Position numbers and translations under genes: made by a program. The notes beneath the pieces are model-generated. The model saw nothing but the letters and a program-made list of their open reading frames with translations. It had not been told where the DNA came from and searched no databases. Shown here one piece after another: positions 1 to 9,489 of a stretch of DNA of 64,000 bases. Source of the DNA: Candidatus Buchananbacteria bacterium (lineage in GTDB: Bacteria > Patescibacteriota > Patescibacteriia > 2-01-FULL-39-33); assembly GCA_903888345.1 (NCBI GenBank), contig CAISTG010000004.1:6393-70392 (forward strand). The letters are read 5' to 3'. Each line of letters begins with the position of its first letter. The first letter of the stretch is position 1.

Positions 1-353
1 TTGGATCGGCTGTGGCCGCCTTACCGTTATTACTAATGCCGGGCGTCGTTTTCTTTAAGTCTAAAGTGGCGATCAAAAAAGTTAAGCAACCTTGGACTTT
101 GTTAGTAATTGGACAGGCGAGCGGCGCTTTAGCCTCGGTGGGTGTGAATTTAGCCATCGCCATCTCGACTAATGCGACCGCGATTATTAATGCGATGCAG
201 GGTTTGCAATATGCGATTTTATTTGTGGCGGTTTTAGTTCTTACCAAATTCTTTCCGAAAATTTTAAAAGAAAATATGAGTGCGGCGGTGTTGCTGCAAA
301 AAGCCATCGCGACGAGTTTGATAATTTTGGGTTTAGTGCTCATTGCTTTTTAA
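1..353 (+). CDS. C-terminal part of an integral membrane protein (5' end outside window)
   Basis: Frame is open from position 1. The translation is hydrophobic and multi-helix and ends at a TAA at 351-353. The M at position 12 is probably internal. Confidence 0.4.
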   Translation, partial: GSAVAALPLLLMPGVVFFKSKVAIKKVKQPWTLLVIGQASGALASVGVNLAIAISTNATAIINAMQGLQYAILFVAVLVLTKFFPKILKENMSAAVLLQKAIATSLIILGLVLIAF

Positions 354-358
354 ACGAT

Positions 359-436
359 ACGTCATTCTGAGTGAAGTGAAGAATCTCTGAAATAACACGG
401 GATCCTTCATCCGCCGCGGCGGATTCAGGCTGACGT
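359..436. repeat. 78-bp intergenic repeat element with short terminal inverted repeats (ACGTCA...TGACGT)
   Basis: ACGTCATTCTGAGTGAAGTGAAGAATCTC...CATCCGCCGCGGCGGATTCAGGCTGACGT. Contains the 16-bp perfect palindrome ATCCGCCGCGGCGGAT, which also occurs at 24357 and 43455. Confidence 0.6.
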
Positions 437-450
437 TGTTAGAATAACTT

Positions 451-1461
451 ATGAAATTTAAATTAACATTGAAGTTTTATATTATAACCGCAATCATTGT
501 GGTATTGGTCGGCGCCTTCGCCTCGACTTATTTTTTGAAATTCAATCAACCAATGAATTGGGGTGTCACTTATTCGTGGTCTTATACTCGTGATGAATTA
601 GGTTTGGATCCCAAGGAGGTTTACGTGGCAATTCTTGATGACTTAAAAGTTGATCGGATTAGATTGTCGGCTTACTGGAATGAGATTGAGGAGCAAAAAG
701 GTGTCTATGATTTTTCGCAGCTAGACTATTTAATGACTGAGGCGAAGAAACGCAACGTTAAAGTAATTTTGGCAGTAGGACGACGTTTACCGCGTTGGCC
801 GGAATGTCATGATCCGGCTTGGACTTCGAGCACGAACTCTATTGAGGTTGATGAGCGCCAATTAAAGTTTGTTGAAGCCACGGTTAGACGTTACAATAAA
901 TACGACAATATTCTTTATTGGCAGGTGGAGAATGAACCATATCTGTCGACCTTCGGTATTTGTCCGGCACCTAATCCCAGTCTACTAAAATCAGAAATTA
1001 AGTTAGTAAAAAGTTTAGTGTCGCAACCGATTTTGGTGACTGATTCGGGAGAGTTATCTACCTGGTGGCCGATTAGCCATAGCGGGGGAGACATTTTAGG
1101 CACAACCTTGTACCGCGTAGTTTATAATCAGACGATTGGTTATTTCCGCTGGTTTACGCCACCTTTTTTCTATTGGGCGCGAGTCGAATTAATAAAAAAA
1201 GTTTCACCGATCAAGCGCGTGATTGTCGCCGAGTTACAAGCCGAAAGTTGGCATAAAGCGTATAAGAATTTAGCTGAAATGACGCTGGCGGAGCATAATG
1301 AGTCCATGAGTATCAAGCAGTTTAAGGATAATATTAAATTCACGCGCGAAGCTGGCTTTGATGAAGCCTATTTGTGGGGTGCGGAATGGTGGTATTTAAT
1401 GAAAGTTAAAAATAATTATCCCGGCTATTGGGAAGAAGCGAAGAAGTTGTGGAATCAATAA
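451..1461 (+). CDS. Secreted or membrane-anchored glycoside hydrolase, TIM-barrel cellulase-like (GH5-like)
   Basis: N-terminal TM or signal segment. Contains a WQVENEPYL motif with the NEP catalytic-acid signature of clan GH-A hydrolases. It lies next to glycan export genes. Confidence 0.5.
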   Translation: MKFKLTLKFYIITAIIVVLVGAFASTYFLKFNQPMNWGVTYSWSYTRDELGLDPKEVYVAILDDLKVDRIRLSAYWNEIEEQKGVYDFSQLDYLMTEAKKRNVKVILAVGRRLPRWPECHDPAWTSSTNSIEVDERQLKFVEATVRRYNKYDNILYWQVENEPYLSTFGICPAPNPSLLKSEIKLVKSLVSQPILVTDSGELSTWWPISHSGGDILGTTLYRVVYNQTIGYFRWFTPPFFYWARVELIKKVSPIKRVIVAELQAESWHKAYKNLAEMTLAEHNESMSIKQFKDNIKFTREAGFDEAYLWGAEWWYLMKVKNNYPGYWEEAKKLWNQ

Positions 1462-1488
1462 GAAAGTAAGAATATTTAAAGTAAATAA

Positions 1489-2913
1489 ATGTCACTAGCA
1501 GCAAAAATTGCCAAAAATACTATTTATCAAATCACCGGCAAGGGCGCGGGGATGTTGTTGGGTTTGGCGACTGTCGCCTTGATGACGCGTTATTTGGGGC
1601 GGCAGGGCTTTGGTTATTACACTATTATTATTTCTTATCTGCAATTTTTCGGTGTGCTGATCGATTTTGGTTTACAAATGACAACTTCGCAATTGTTGGC
1701 TAAACCCGGAGCGAATCAGAGTCAAATTTTTGGTAATCTGCTCGCCGTGCGTTTATTGTCGGCCCTAGTTTTTATTGGCCTCGGATCAATTATCGTCTGG
1801 TTTTTGCCGTATCCTTATGAGGTCAAGATTGGCGTTGGCGTGGCTGCTTTTTCCTTCTTTTTTATTTCTTTGCAATCAGTCTTAATTGGTTTATTTCAGA
1901 AACACTTAGCGATGGCTGAAGTGGCGATGGCCGAGGTTTGGGGTCGGCTGATTTTATTAATTGGTGTTTGGTTAACGATTACTTATAATTGGGGCTTTTT
2001 GCCGATTATCGCGGCGATTGCTTTGGGTAGTTTTGTTAACTTTATAATTCTCTATATTAAGTCGCAGACCTATATTCGTTATCGTTTAGCTTGGGACAAA
2101 AAAACGCTCAAAGAAATTTGGGACGTTTCTTGGCCGTTGGCAATTACGATTTCTTTGACCTTGGTCTATTTTCGTGCCGATACTATCGTCTTGTCGTTGG
2201 TGCGGCCGGCGGAAGAAGTTGGTATTTATGGTGCCGCTTATAAAGTGCTCGAAATTTTGATTCAATTTCCTTATTTATTTTTGGGTTTGCTCTTGCCACT
2301 CTTAACGGAATTCTATTTAGTTAATAAAGACTTATATAATAAAATCTTGCAGAAGGCGTTTGATTTTTTGGCGATTATAGCGGTGCCGATTGTTTTTGGT
2401 TGCTGGGTGTTAGCAGAAAAGTTAATGATTTTTGTTGCTGGTCCTGATTTTGCTGTTGCTGGCCAACCACTCCGGATTTTAATTATTGCAATGGCGATGA
2501 TTTATTTCGGCGCGCTCTTCGGTTATGCAATTGTTGCCACGGGTCAACAAAAAAAGATGATCGGCTTTTATTTATTCGACGCTGTTTTTTCTTTGATCGC
2601 TTATCTAATTTTTATTCCAGCCTTTGGAATTGTGGCAGCGGCTATTTTAACCGTTTTAACCGAAACACTGATTACTATTCCCGCTTTTTGGTTAATTAGA
2701 AAGACGACTGACTTCCGTTTGCATTTCGGTGTTTTCTTTAAGGCGATGATCGCGGCAATAATTATGTCAGTGATTTTAATAGGGCTATTTAGTCAATCGG
2801 TTATCACTTTGATAATTGTCGGCGCCATTGTTTATTTTGTGGTTTTGTATTGGTTGCGTGGCTTCCGCAAAGAAGATATTTTGGCCATGATCGGCAAAAA
2901 TAAGTTAGTTTAA
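1489..2913 (+). CDS. Polysaccharide biosynthesis protein / oligosaccharide flippase (Wzx, MOP superfamily)
   Basis: 474 aa with about 12-14 predicted TM helices and a typical Wzx-like N-terminus (KNTIYQITGKGAGMLLGL). Confidence 0.65.
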   Translation: MSLAAKIAKNTIYQITGKGAGMLLGLATVALMTRYLGRQGFGYYTIIISYLQFFGVLIDFGLQMTTSQLLAKPGANQSQIFGNLLAVRLLSALVFIGLGSIIVWFLPYPYEVKIGVGVAAFSFFFISLQSVLIGLFQKHLAMAEVAMAEVWGRLILLIGVWLTITYNWGFLPIIAAIALGSFVNFIILYIKSQTYIRYRLAWDKKTLKEIWDVSWPLAITISLTLVYFRADTIVLSLVRPAEEVGIYGAAYKVLEILIQFPYLFLGLLLPLLTEFYLVNKDLYNKILQKAFDFLAIIAVPIVFGCWVLAEKLMIFVAGPDFAVAGQPLRILIIAMAMIYFGALFGYAIVATGQQKKMIGFYLFDAVFSLIAYLIFIPAFGIVAAAILTVLTETLITIPAFWLIRKTTDFRLHFGVFFKAMIAAIIMSVILIGLFSQSVITLIIVGAIVYFVVLYWLRGFRKEDILAMIGKNKLV

Positions 2914-2936
2914 TTTTTTCAATTAGTAATTTTTTT

Positions 2937-4244
2937 ATGTTCACTTATATTATTTTGGTTTTGGCTGCTGCCGCTTTTTTGTTTGTAGCCTTCGCGCGGC
3001 CGATTTGGGCGCTTAGTATTGTGGCCTTTTTGTTGCCGACATATATGATTAGGTTTACTATCGGTCTAATACCTTTTACATTTTTAGAAACTTTAATTAT
3101 ATTGCTGGCGCTCGTCGTGCTTATTACCAAAAAATTTGATTGGGAAAAAATTTATCATGATTCTTTGTTTTGGCCAATTATCGCTATCTTAATTACTTCC
3201 ACCATTGCTGTCGTGGCCTCCTATTCTCCGATTCAGGGGGCGGGATTATGGAAGGCCTATTTCGTTGAACCAGTAATTTTTTATTGGTTGATGCTGAGTT
3301 TGATTGACCGTCGGAGGTACTTGGAAGGCCTGTTTTGGGCCTTGGGTGGGTCGGTAATATATTTGAGCCTAATAGCCATATTCCAGAAGATCTTTGCTGT
3401 AGGTGTGCCACAGGCCTTTATGGACCCTGCTGGAGGGGTAGATCGCGTTGTTTCCGTCTTTGGCTATCCCAATGCGATTGGCCTATTTTTTGGCCCAATT
3501 ATCATCTTATTTCTTGGCTTTCTGTATTATCGCAATCCAGACTCATTATTGCTCTATTTATCTAATGCCAACCGTTTTTGGTTTAAGGCGGCGGTGATCA
3601 TTTTGGGTGTTTTTACTATTGTTTTGGCTAAATCAGAGGGTGCGATTGTCGCCATTGTTGTTTGTGCCTGGTTGATGTTGGTTTTTAATAGAAAAACGAG
3701 ATTATTGATCTTGGTTGTGACTGGAGTCTTTGGGGTAGAGTTATTAATTAATTCACCTTTGCGTGAATTCATCGCTTTTAAGCTATTCTTACAAGATTGG
3801 TCTGGTCAAATTCGACGGATTATGTGGGGTGAAACTTGGGCGATGTTAAAAAATAATTGGTTTTTTGGGGCTGGATTAGCTGGTTACCCGGTAGCGATTG
3901 TGCCTTATCACGCTAAATGGTTTGAGATTTTTCCCTATCCGCATAATATTTTACTTAATCTCTGGGTCGCCTTGGGTATTCCTGGATTATTGGCTTTTGT
4001 CTGGCTGGGATTAGCATTTATTTGGCTAAATTTAAAAAATTTCTTCGGTATCGTGTATGAAAAAGGCAAGAATTTGTCATTTGATAAGATTGCCAGCTTG
4101 TTATTTTTGTTAGTAGGTTTAGAGATGGTGATTCATGGATTAGTTGACGTGCCGTATTTCAAAAATGATTTGGCAGTTTTGTTTTGGATTTTGGTGGGTG
4201 CCGCTAGTTTGAATGCTAAGTTGGTGCAAGAAAAAAATAACTAA
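2937..4244 (+). CDS. O-antigen ligase / Wzy-like polytopic membrane protein
   Basis: 435 aa polytopic membrane protein with a large periplasmic-loop region. It sits directly downstream of the flippase. Confidence 0.5.
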   Translation: MFTYIILVLAAAAFLFVAFARPIWALSIVAFLLPTYMIRFTIGLIPFTFLETLIILLALVVLITKKFDWEKIYHDSLFWPIIAILITSTIAVVASYSPIQGAGLWKAYFVEPVIFYWLMLSLIDRRRYLEGLFWALGGSVIYLSLIAIFQKIFAVGVPQAFMDPAGGVDRVVSVFGYPNAIGLFFGPIIILFLGFLYYRNPDSLLLYLSNANRFWFKAAVIILGVFTIVLAKSEGAIVAIVVCAWLMLVFNRKTRLLILVVTGVFGVELLINSPLREFIAFKLFLQDWSGQIRRIMWGETWAMLKNNWFFGAGLAGYPVAIVPYHAKWFEIFPYPHNILLNLWVALGIPGLLAFVWLGLAFIWLNLKNFFGIVYEKGKNLSFDKIASLLFLLVGLEMVIHGLVDVPYFKNDLAVLFWILVGAASLNAKLVQEKNN

Positions 4245-4428
4245 AAATAGCCAAAAACGTATTATTTATTGACTTTTATCGATAAAAGGTGTATAATTAG
4301 AGTGTTGTGAGTTTTCTTGGTTTAGCGCATTGATAGCGCGTTAAATCGTTAGTTTAATTAAGCGTCAACTAAAGCGAATCGAGAAGGTCGGCTTACACAT
4401 CTTAAAAAAGTTATTTTACAACAAAAAT

Positions 4429-4746
4429 ATGGCTTTAAAGCTATTTGTCGGCAATCTAAGCTTCAGCATGACTGAAGATGAATTGAGAGATTTATTCTCC
4501 CAAGCCGGCACCGTTCAGACCGCGACTATTATCAAAGATAAGATGTCCGGCCGATCAAAGGGATTTGCTTTTGTAGAAATGTCTTCCGATGAGGAAGCCC
4601 AATCCGCCATTGAAATGTACAATGGTAAGGAAATTGGCGGCAGAGCAATCGTCGTCAATGAGGCTCGCCCTATGGAAAAACGCACTGATGACAGAGGCGG
4701 TTTCCGTGGTGGTAACAGCGGAGGTTTTTCCCGAAACAGATACTAA
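4429..4746 (+). CDS. RRM-type RNA-binding protein with glycine-rich tail
   Basis: Has RNP-2 (LFVGNLS) and RNP-1 (KGFAFVEM) motifs and a C-terminal RGG/GG-rich tail. A terminator follows. Confidence 0.9.
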   Translation: MALKLFVGNLSFSMTEDELRDLFSQAGTVQTATIIKDKMSGRSKGFAFVEMSSDEEAQSAIEMYNGKEIGGRAIVVNEARPMEKRTDDRGGFRGGNSGGFSRNRY

Positions 4747-4760
4747 ACCTTTATTAAAAA

Positions 4761-4787
4761 CAACTCGCTTCGGCGGGTTGTTTTTTT
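4761..4787 (+). terminator. Intrinsic terminator after the RRM gene
   Basis: CAACTCGC-TTCG-GCGGGTTG hairpin followed by TTTTTTT. Confidence 0.7.
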
Positions 4788-4850
4788 GTCTAAATTTTGG
4801 TACGATAAGGGAAGTTTTAAGTGTATTTTAGAGAAAATAATTATTTGATC

Positions 4851-5408
4851 ATGAACGATATTAAAGCTATTTTATTTGATTTTATGGGCGTCTTATTATT
4901 TAAGCGTTCTGATTATCTATCTGATCCTTTAGTTGATGCGATTGACAAGGAGATGGGGCAAGTAACTGATGAGATTGTGTTTAAGCAAAAGATGTTAAGT
5001 GAACATAATCTAAGTGAGGCTGAATTTGAACAAGTAACGAAGAAAATTGGCGAAAAGTATGAGGCCAATCAAGTGCTCTGGAAGTTATTGCCGGAATTAA
5101 GAAAAAAATATAAATTAGGAATTGTTAATAATGGTGCAATATTGACTCTGCCGATGTTTGAGGCCGAATATGGCATAAAAAGTAAGTTTGATTTATATGT
5201 AAACTCAGCGATTGAAGGAATTAAAAAGCCGGATCCTAGAATTTTTATGATAGCTGTCGAACGATTGGGCATTAACCAGAGTGAATGTCTGTATATGGAT
5301 GATTTAATTGTAAATGTTGAAGCGGCAGAAAAGTTAGGCATGAAAGTTATCTGTTGGGATAATAAAGAGCAGGGAATGAAAAAGTTTTTAGAGTTTGTTG
5401 GTGGTTAA
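4851..5408 (+). CDS. HAD-superfamily hydrolase
   Basis: Motif I is ILFDFMGVL. A GIVNNG segment and a YMDD motif sit near the C-terminus. The start was chosen at the MNDIK methionine, and the longer ORF starts at 4821. Confidence 0.6.
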   Translation: MNDIKAILFDFMGVLLFKRSDYLSDPLVDAIDKEMGQVTDEIVFKQKMLSEHNLSEAEFEQVTKKIGEKYEANQVLWKLLPELRKKYKLGIVNNGAILTLPMFEAEYGIKSKFDLYVNSAIEGIKKPDPRIFMIAVERLGINQSECLYMDDLIVNVEAAEKLGMKVICWDNKEQGMKKFLEFVGG

Positions 5409-5413
5409 AATAT

Positions 5414-5502
5414 GGAGAGGTGTCTGAGTTGGTTTAAGGTACCGCTCTCGAAAAGCGGCAGGGGTTTATAGCCCCTCGGGAGTTCGAATCTCCCCCTCTC
5501 CG
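5414..5502 (+). tRNA. tRNA-Ser (anticodon CGA), no encoded CCA
   Basis: Acceptor stem GGAGAGG/CCTCTCC. Anticodon stem CCGCT/AGCGG with loop CTCGAAA. A long variable arm (CAGGGGTTTATAGCCCCTCG). T-arm GGGAG-TTCGAAT-CTCCC. Discriminator G. Confidence 0.9.
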
Positions 5503-5514
5503 AAAATAAAAAAT

Positions 5515-5856
5515 ATGCGATCAGTCTTGCATGCTAAAATCCATCAAGCAACAGTGACCGAAGCTAATCTTGCTTATGTCGGCAGCATTACGATTGATCA
5601 GGAATTAATCGATCGGGCTGGTTTGTGGTTGGGTGAGAAGGTTTTGGTGGTTAGTAATACTACTGGCGCGCGCCTGGAAACTTACATTATTGCCGGCGAG
5701 CGTAATTCTGGAGTTATTTGTATGAATGGTGCCGCCGCTCATATCATTAAGGCAGGTGAAGAAATAATTATCATGGGTTTTGAATTGACCGATAAGCCGA
5801 TCGAAGCCAAAATTGTTTTAGTTGATCAGGCTAACAAATTCTTAAAATATTTATAA
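5515..5856 (+). CDS. panD: Aspartate 1-decarboxylase (pyruvoyl-dependent)
   Basis: 113 aa with N-terminal [15 protein letters not shown] and a GS self-cleavage site in YVGSITID. Matches PanD along the full length. Confidence 0.85.
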   Translation: MRSVLHAKIHQATVTEANLAYVGSITIDQELIDRAGLWLGEKVLVVSNTTGARLETYIIAGERNSGVICMNGAAAHIIKAGEEIIIMGFELTDKPIEAKIVLVDQANKFLKYL

Positions 5857-5866
5857 TCAAGTAAAT

Positions 5867-6544
5867 ATGGATTTAGCTAAACAGTACGATGATTTTGCTG
5901 CTGATTTTTCTCGGGTTCATGATGTCGGCGAAAATAGTAATCGTGATAACCGGCAAAAATTTTATAGCGTTTTGAATTTTATTAAGCCGGGAATGAAGTT
6001 GCTTGATTTGGCCTGTGGCGACGGCTTGGATTTAGTTTATTATAAAAGTTTAGGTGCCGAAGTTTATGGTCTTGATGCCTCGGCAGAGCTTATTAAAATT
6101 GCCAAAGAGAGATTGCCAGCTGATGATATCGTCGTTGGCTTATTTGATCAGACTCACTATGCTGATGCTAGTTTTGACGTGATTCTTTCCAAGTATGCCA
6201 TTCAAACTTCAGCCGATATGGCTTCAGTATTTAAAGAGATCGCGCGCATTATAAAGCCGGGAGGAATCTTGGTGTATTTAGTGACACATCCTTTCCGTCA
6301 ATACTTTGAAAAGAAAAATTCTACTGCCGATTATTTTCAACAAGAAGTGGTTGAGGCTAGTATCTTAAATAACTCTATTATAGTACGTGAACCATCGCAT
6401 ACTTTTAATGAATATTTTACCGCTGAATTTTTAAACGACTTTGATATTCAATTATTTCAAGAACAATGGGATGCTTCCGCTGAACAGATTGACGGCAAAA
6501 AGTATCCAGGTTATTTTATTGTTAAAGCGCAAAAAAGAATTTAA
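5867..6544 (+). CDS. Class I SAM-dependent methyltransferase
   Basis: Motif I is LLDLACGDGLD, and a motif-post-II IIKPGGILV segment is present. Confidence 0.75.
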   Translation: MDLAKQYDDFAADFSRVHDVGENSNRDNRQKFYSVLNFIKPGMKLLDLACGDGLDLVYYKSLGAEVYGLDASAELIKIAKERLPADDIVVGLFDQTHYADASFDVILSKYAIQTSADMASVFKEIARIIKPGGILVYLVTHPFRQYFEKKNSTADYFQQEVVEASILNNSIIVREPSHTFNEYFTAEFLNDFDIQLFQEQWDASAEQIDGKKYPGYFIVKAQKRI

Positions 6545-6545
6545 C

Positions 6546-7106
6546 ATGGATAATAAAACTTACAACAAAGAAGATTTCACGACTGAGATATTACCAAAAG
6601 GGGAATATCAGAATTGTATTTTTACTAATTGTAATTTTCATGGTTGTGATTTATCTAATTACAAATTTTTTGATTCGGAATTTACTGGTTGTGATTTAAG
6701 CTTAGTAAAAACGGCACAAACAACTTTAGCTAATGTGGCTTTTAAGGGCAGTAAATTGTTGGGTTGGCGCTTTGAAAATTGCGCCGAGTTTGGCTTAGCG
6801 GTCAGCTTCGATAATTGCTTGTTAGATCACTCTTCATTTTTTAAAACTAAATTGAAAAAATCAATCTTTAAAGATTCGCAATTGCATGAAGTAGATTTTA
6901 CTGATTGTGATTTGACTGAGGCGGTTTTTAATAATTGTGATTTGGCCAAAGCGATTTTTCGCTCTACGAATTTAGAAAAAGCAGATTTACGTTCATCATA
7001 TAATTACGCAATTGATCCGGAAAACAACAAGATCAAGAAAGCCAAATTTTCTTTGGCGGGAGTTCCGGGGTTATTGGTTAAGTATGATCTAAAGATTGAA
7101 ATATAA
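6546..7106 (+). CDS. Pentapeptide-repeat protein (Qnr/MfpA-like)
   Basis: About 186 aa of tandem A(D/N)LXX-type pentapeptides (CDLSN, CDLSL, CDLTE, ADLRS). The start was set at the ATG at 6546 immediately after the methyltransferase stop, and the listed ORF start at 6441 overlaps the upstream gene. Confidence 0.75.
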   Translation: MDNKTYNKEDFTTEILPKGEYQNCIFTNCNFHGCDLSNYKFFDSEFTGCDLSLVKTAQTTLANVAFKGSKLLGWRFENCAEFGLAVSFDNCLLDHSSFFKTKLKKSIFKDSQLHEVDFTDCDLTEAVFNNCDLAKAIFRSTNLEKADLRSSYNYAIDPENNKIKKAKFSLAGVPGLLVKYDLKIEI

Positions 7107-7114
7107 TTAAATTT

Positions 7115-7660
7115 ATGTCGATTATAATTACTTATTTTGTTCATGGTACAACTACTGATAATGAACAGAAACTTTCCTCTGGTTGGAACGATGTGGAATT
7201 ATCGGAGTTGGGCATTAGACAAGCGATAGAATTAAAAGAGTTAACCAAAGATCAGGACTTTGATGTTGTATTTTGTTCTGATTTAAAGCGTGCCATTAGG
7301 TCCGCCGAGCTATGTTTCGAGGGTAGGGCACCGATTATTATTGATACCCGTTTAAGAGAGTGTAATTATGGAACTTATAATAGTCACCCGTCTAGTATTG
7401 TCGAACCAATGCAAGAGACTAAGGTTTCTGAAAGATTTCTAGAAGGAGAGAGTTGTGAAGATGTCAAAAATAGAATTGCTGATTTTTTAGAATTTTTAAA
7501 ACTTAATTATGCTGGCAAGCGAGTGGCAATTGTGGCACACAAAGCTCCGCAACTAGCGCTTGACGTTTTGTTGACAGGTAAAACTTGGGAGGAGGCTTTT
7601 GCTCAGGATTGGCGAAAGCTCAAAGCCTGGCAGCCTGGTTGGCCTTACGAAATTAACTAA
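7115..7660 (+). CDS. Histidine phosphatase family protein (phosphoglycerate-mutase-like)
   Basis: N-terminus IITYFVHGTTTDNE...GWNDVELSELG aligns with the RHGE-WN-GW-D-LS-G signature of GpmB/PhoE-type phosphatases. The Arg of the RHG motif is replaced by Val. Confidence 0.6.
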   Translation: MSIIITYFVHGTTTDNEQKLSSGWNDVELSELGIRQAIELKELTKDQDFDVVFCSDLKRAIRSAELCFEGRAPIIIDTRLRECNYGTYNSHPSSIVEPMQETKVSERFLEGESCEDVKNRIADFLEFLKLNYAGKRVAIVAHKAPQLALDVLLTGKTWEEAFAQDWRKLKAWQPGWPYEIN

Positions 7661-7677
7661 TTTTTTGACAAATAAAA

Positions 7678-7716
7678 CAGCCGCTCGATTTCCCATCGGG
7701 CGGCTTTGTTGTTGAG
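7678..7716. terminator. Bidirectional intrinsic terminator between 7115..7660(+) and 7739..8857(-)
   Basis: AGCCGCTCGA-tttccca-TCGGGCGGCT hairpin with T-rich runs on both sides. Confidence 0.65.
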
Positions 7717-7738
7717 ACGAATGTGCGTTTGTCATCGG

Positions 7739-8857
7739 TTACTGGAGTTCGATCTCCACCAACCGGCGATTAATGTCGTACTTGTACTGCTCCTGGCATT
7801 TCTTGGTCAGGGCGTCTTGGAAGGCCAGAACGTCTTCCTTGGTGGTCAGTGAAGCGAGCGTCCATAGCACCCAGCGGTAGGGGCTATCGCTAGGGAGATT
7901 GCGATCTTCGGTCAGAAACTCCAGCTGGCCAAACGGATCAAGCTGTAGCAACTTCACATAGATGGCGTCGCAGAGTTCTCCACGCTCGAGATACTCTTCG
8001 TGCGCGTGGCATTCAAGATTCTCTGCCACTTCGATGAATTCCCGGAGCGTCTTCGTATCTGTGATTTGCTCATGTGTCTTGACGACACGCAGAGTTGCTG
8101 CGCGCACCAATGCGTAGGCAGCAATTTCCCATTTCATGGAGCTTTTGTCCCAGCCAAAGGGATGCTCAGAGAGCTCCTTTTTTAATACATTGATTTCGGC
8201 TAGTGTCGTCTGTTCCGCGATTTCCTTGGAGAAATCATCGAAGAGCATCGCGGTCACGGTGAGGTGGCTTTTCATGGACTTGATGACAGCTCGCCTGGTG
8301 ACGAAGTTCGGTGCCGATTTGACGTAGGCGTTCGACGCTTCATCACTGAAGCCATCGCGTCCGACCAGTTGCCAGGCGCGGTGGAATTCGTCATAGCTGG
8401 AAAAGTTGTCGGTATAGACGACCGTGCGACGCGCCCAATATTCGGGCAGCCGTTTGCTGGTCCAGTACTTTTCCAGGTCGTCCAGCCGCAGGTAGTAGAG
8501 GCCGTAGGAAACGTTTTTTGACGCTAGAGCGTCGAACAGATTGGCGCCCTTGGTTTCGCAGAGGGCTCGAGCGGTTTCTACCCACTCTTTTTCTTCTGCT
8601 TTCTTGGCGCGTCTTTCTTCTTCATTCTGACGCGCCGCTTCCTGTTGGCGCAAGGCCCAGGCGGCCAACTCTTGTGCTGCGGCTTCCTTTTTGTCCTTTT
8701 TGGCCTGTTCGTACTCGTCTTGCTTCCGCTTTTTTTCTTTGATTTCAGAAAGGGAACATTTGACAATAATCGCGGCGATAGCAGCAACTACGACAAGGAT
8801 TCCCAGAAAAAACAGACAGATTCCAGTCATGGAACTCATAATCTTTCTCCATGCCAC
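7739..8857 (-). CDS. Hypothetical membrane-anchored protein (GC-rich cassette I1)
   Basis: The ORF opens with GTG at 8857. A better start is the ATG at 8839, which has a GGAG SD, giving MSSMTGICLFF with a TM helix. A KE-rich coiled-coil segment follows, then about 230 aa with no recognisable domain. Codon third positions are strongly C/G, unlike the neighbouring genes. Confidence 0.6.
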   Translation of the reverse strand: MAWRKIMSSMTGICLFFLGILVVVAAIAAIIVKCSLSEIKEKKRKQDEYEQAKKDKKEAAAQELAAWALRQQEAARQNEEERRAKKAEEKEWVETARALCETKGANLFDALASKNVSYGLYYLRLDDLEKYWTSKRLPEYWARRTVVYTDNFSSYDEFHRAWQLVGRDGFSDEASNAYVKSAPNFVTRRAVIKSMKSHLTVTAMLFDDFSKEIAEQTTLAEINVLKKELSEHPFGWDKSSMKWEIAAYALVRAATLRVVKTHEQITDTKTLREFIEVAENLECHAHEEYLERGELCDAIYVKLLQLDPFGQLEFLTEDRNLPSDSPYRWVLWTLASLTTKEDVLAFQDALTKKCQEQYKYDINRRLVEIELQ

Positions 8858-8929
8858 CTTGCGATGGCTCTTGTTGTAAGGTCCGACAACACCCAGAATT
8901 GACCCTTGCCAATCTTAGTGTAATATCTA

Positions 8930-8958
8930 ATTATAGCATATAGTGTTAAATTTGTCAA
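8930..8958 (-). promoter_or_regulatory. Consensus sigma70 promoter (TTGACA-17-TATAAT) for the 7739..8857 gene
   Basis: Reverse complement reads cTTGACAaatttaacactatatgcTATAAT. Confidence 0.6.
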
Positions 8959-9158
8959 GTAGTTATCAACAGCCTATTAATTTTTATGTTTAAATTTAGC
9001 TAAAATATTTATCGTATATACTTGATTATCGCTTAAATTAAAGCAAATCTTGGCGCGTGACCGAATTATCAATATTTCAGTGCGAAGTTTTTATTTGAGG
9101 ATAAATTTCGGTTTTAGTCAAATTAGGAGTATAATTAAAGTAATTAATACCTTAATTT

Positions 9159-9485
9159 ATGAAACTTAAACACTTGTATCTAATTTTGTGTGTGATCGCT
9201 GTTATTTTAACTTATTCGCAAATGCTGCCGTTTCTGGCGGCCAACAATAATGACATTCTGGTTTTGTTTCAGCAGATGTTTATTAATCAGGGAGTAGGGT
9301 TCTTTTCCATGGATCTCTTAGTTTTATCACTCGTCGCTTTGGTTTTTATGATTGTCGAGACTAAGCGCTTGCATTTAAAATATCTCTGGTTGCCAATAGT
9401 GGCGATTTTTATGGTCGGCATGTCGTTGGCGTTGCCGTTATTTTTATTTTTGCGTGAACTACAATTAGAAAAATCTAAAATATAA
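9159..9485 (+). CDS. Small integral membrane protein (3-4 TM), function unknown
   Basis: 108 aa and hydrophobic. A TATAATTAA -10 lies upstream at about 9128. Confidence 0.5.
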   Translation: MKLKHLYLILCVIAVILTYSQMLPFLAANNNDILVLFQQMFINQGVGFFSMDLLVLSLVALVFMIVETKRLHLKYLWLPIVAIFMVGMSLALPLFLFLRELQLEKSKI

Positions 9486-9489
9486 ATTT

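Noticed and set aside
5412-5510. Alternative identity of the tRNA as tRNA-Leu (also a long-variable-arm class II tRNA)
   Set aside because: The 7-nt anticodon loop CTCGAAA gives anticodon CGA (Ser). The D-arm and variable-arm lengths fit the Ser pattern, and the G discriminator is compatible.
6441-6545. Upstream extension of the pentapeptide-repeat ORF starting at 6441
   Set aside because: It overlaps the last 100 nt of the methyltransferase gene in another frame. The ATG at 6546 directly follows the methyltransferase stop and begins the repeat domain.
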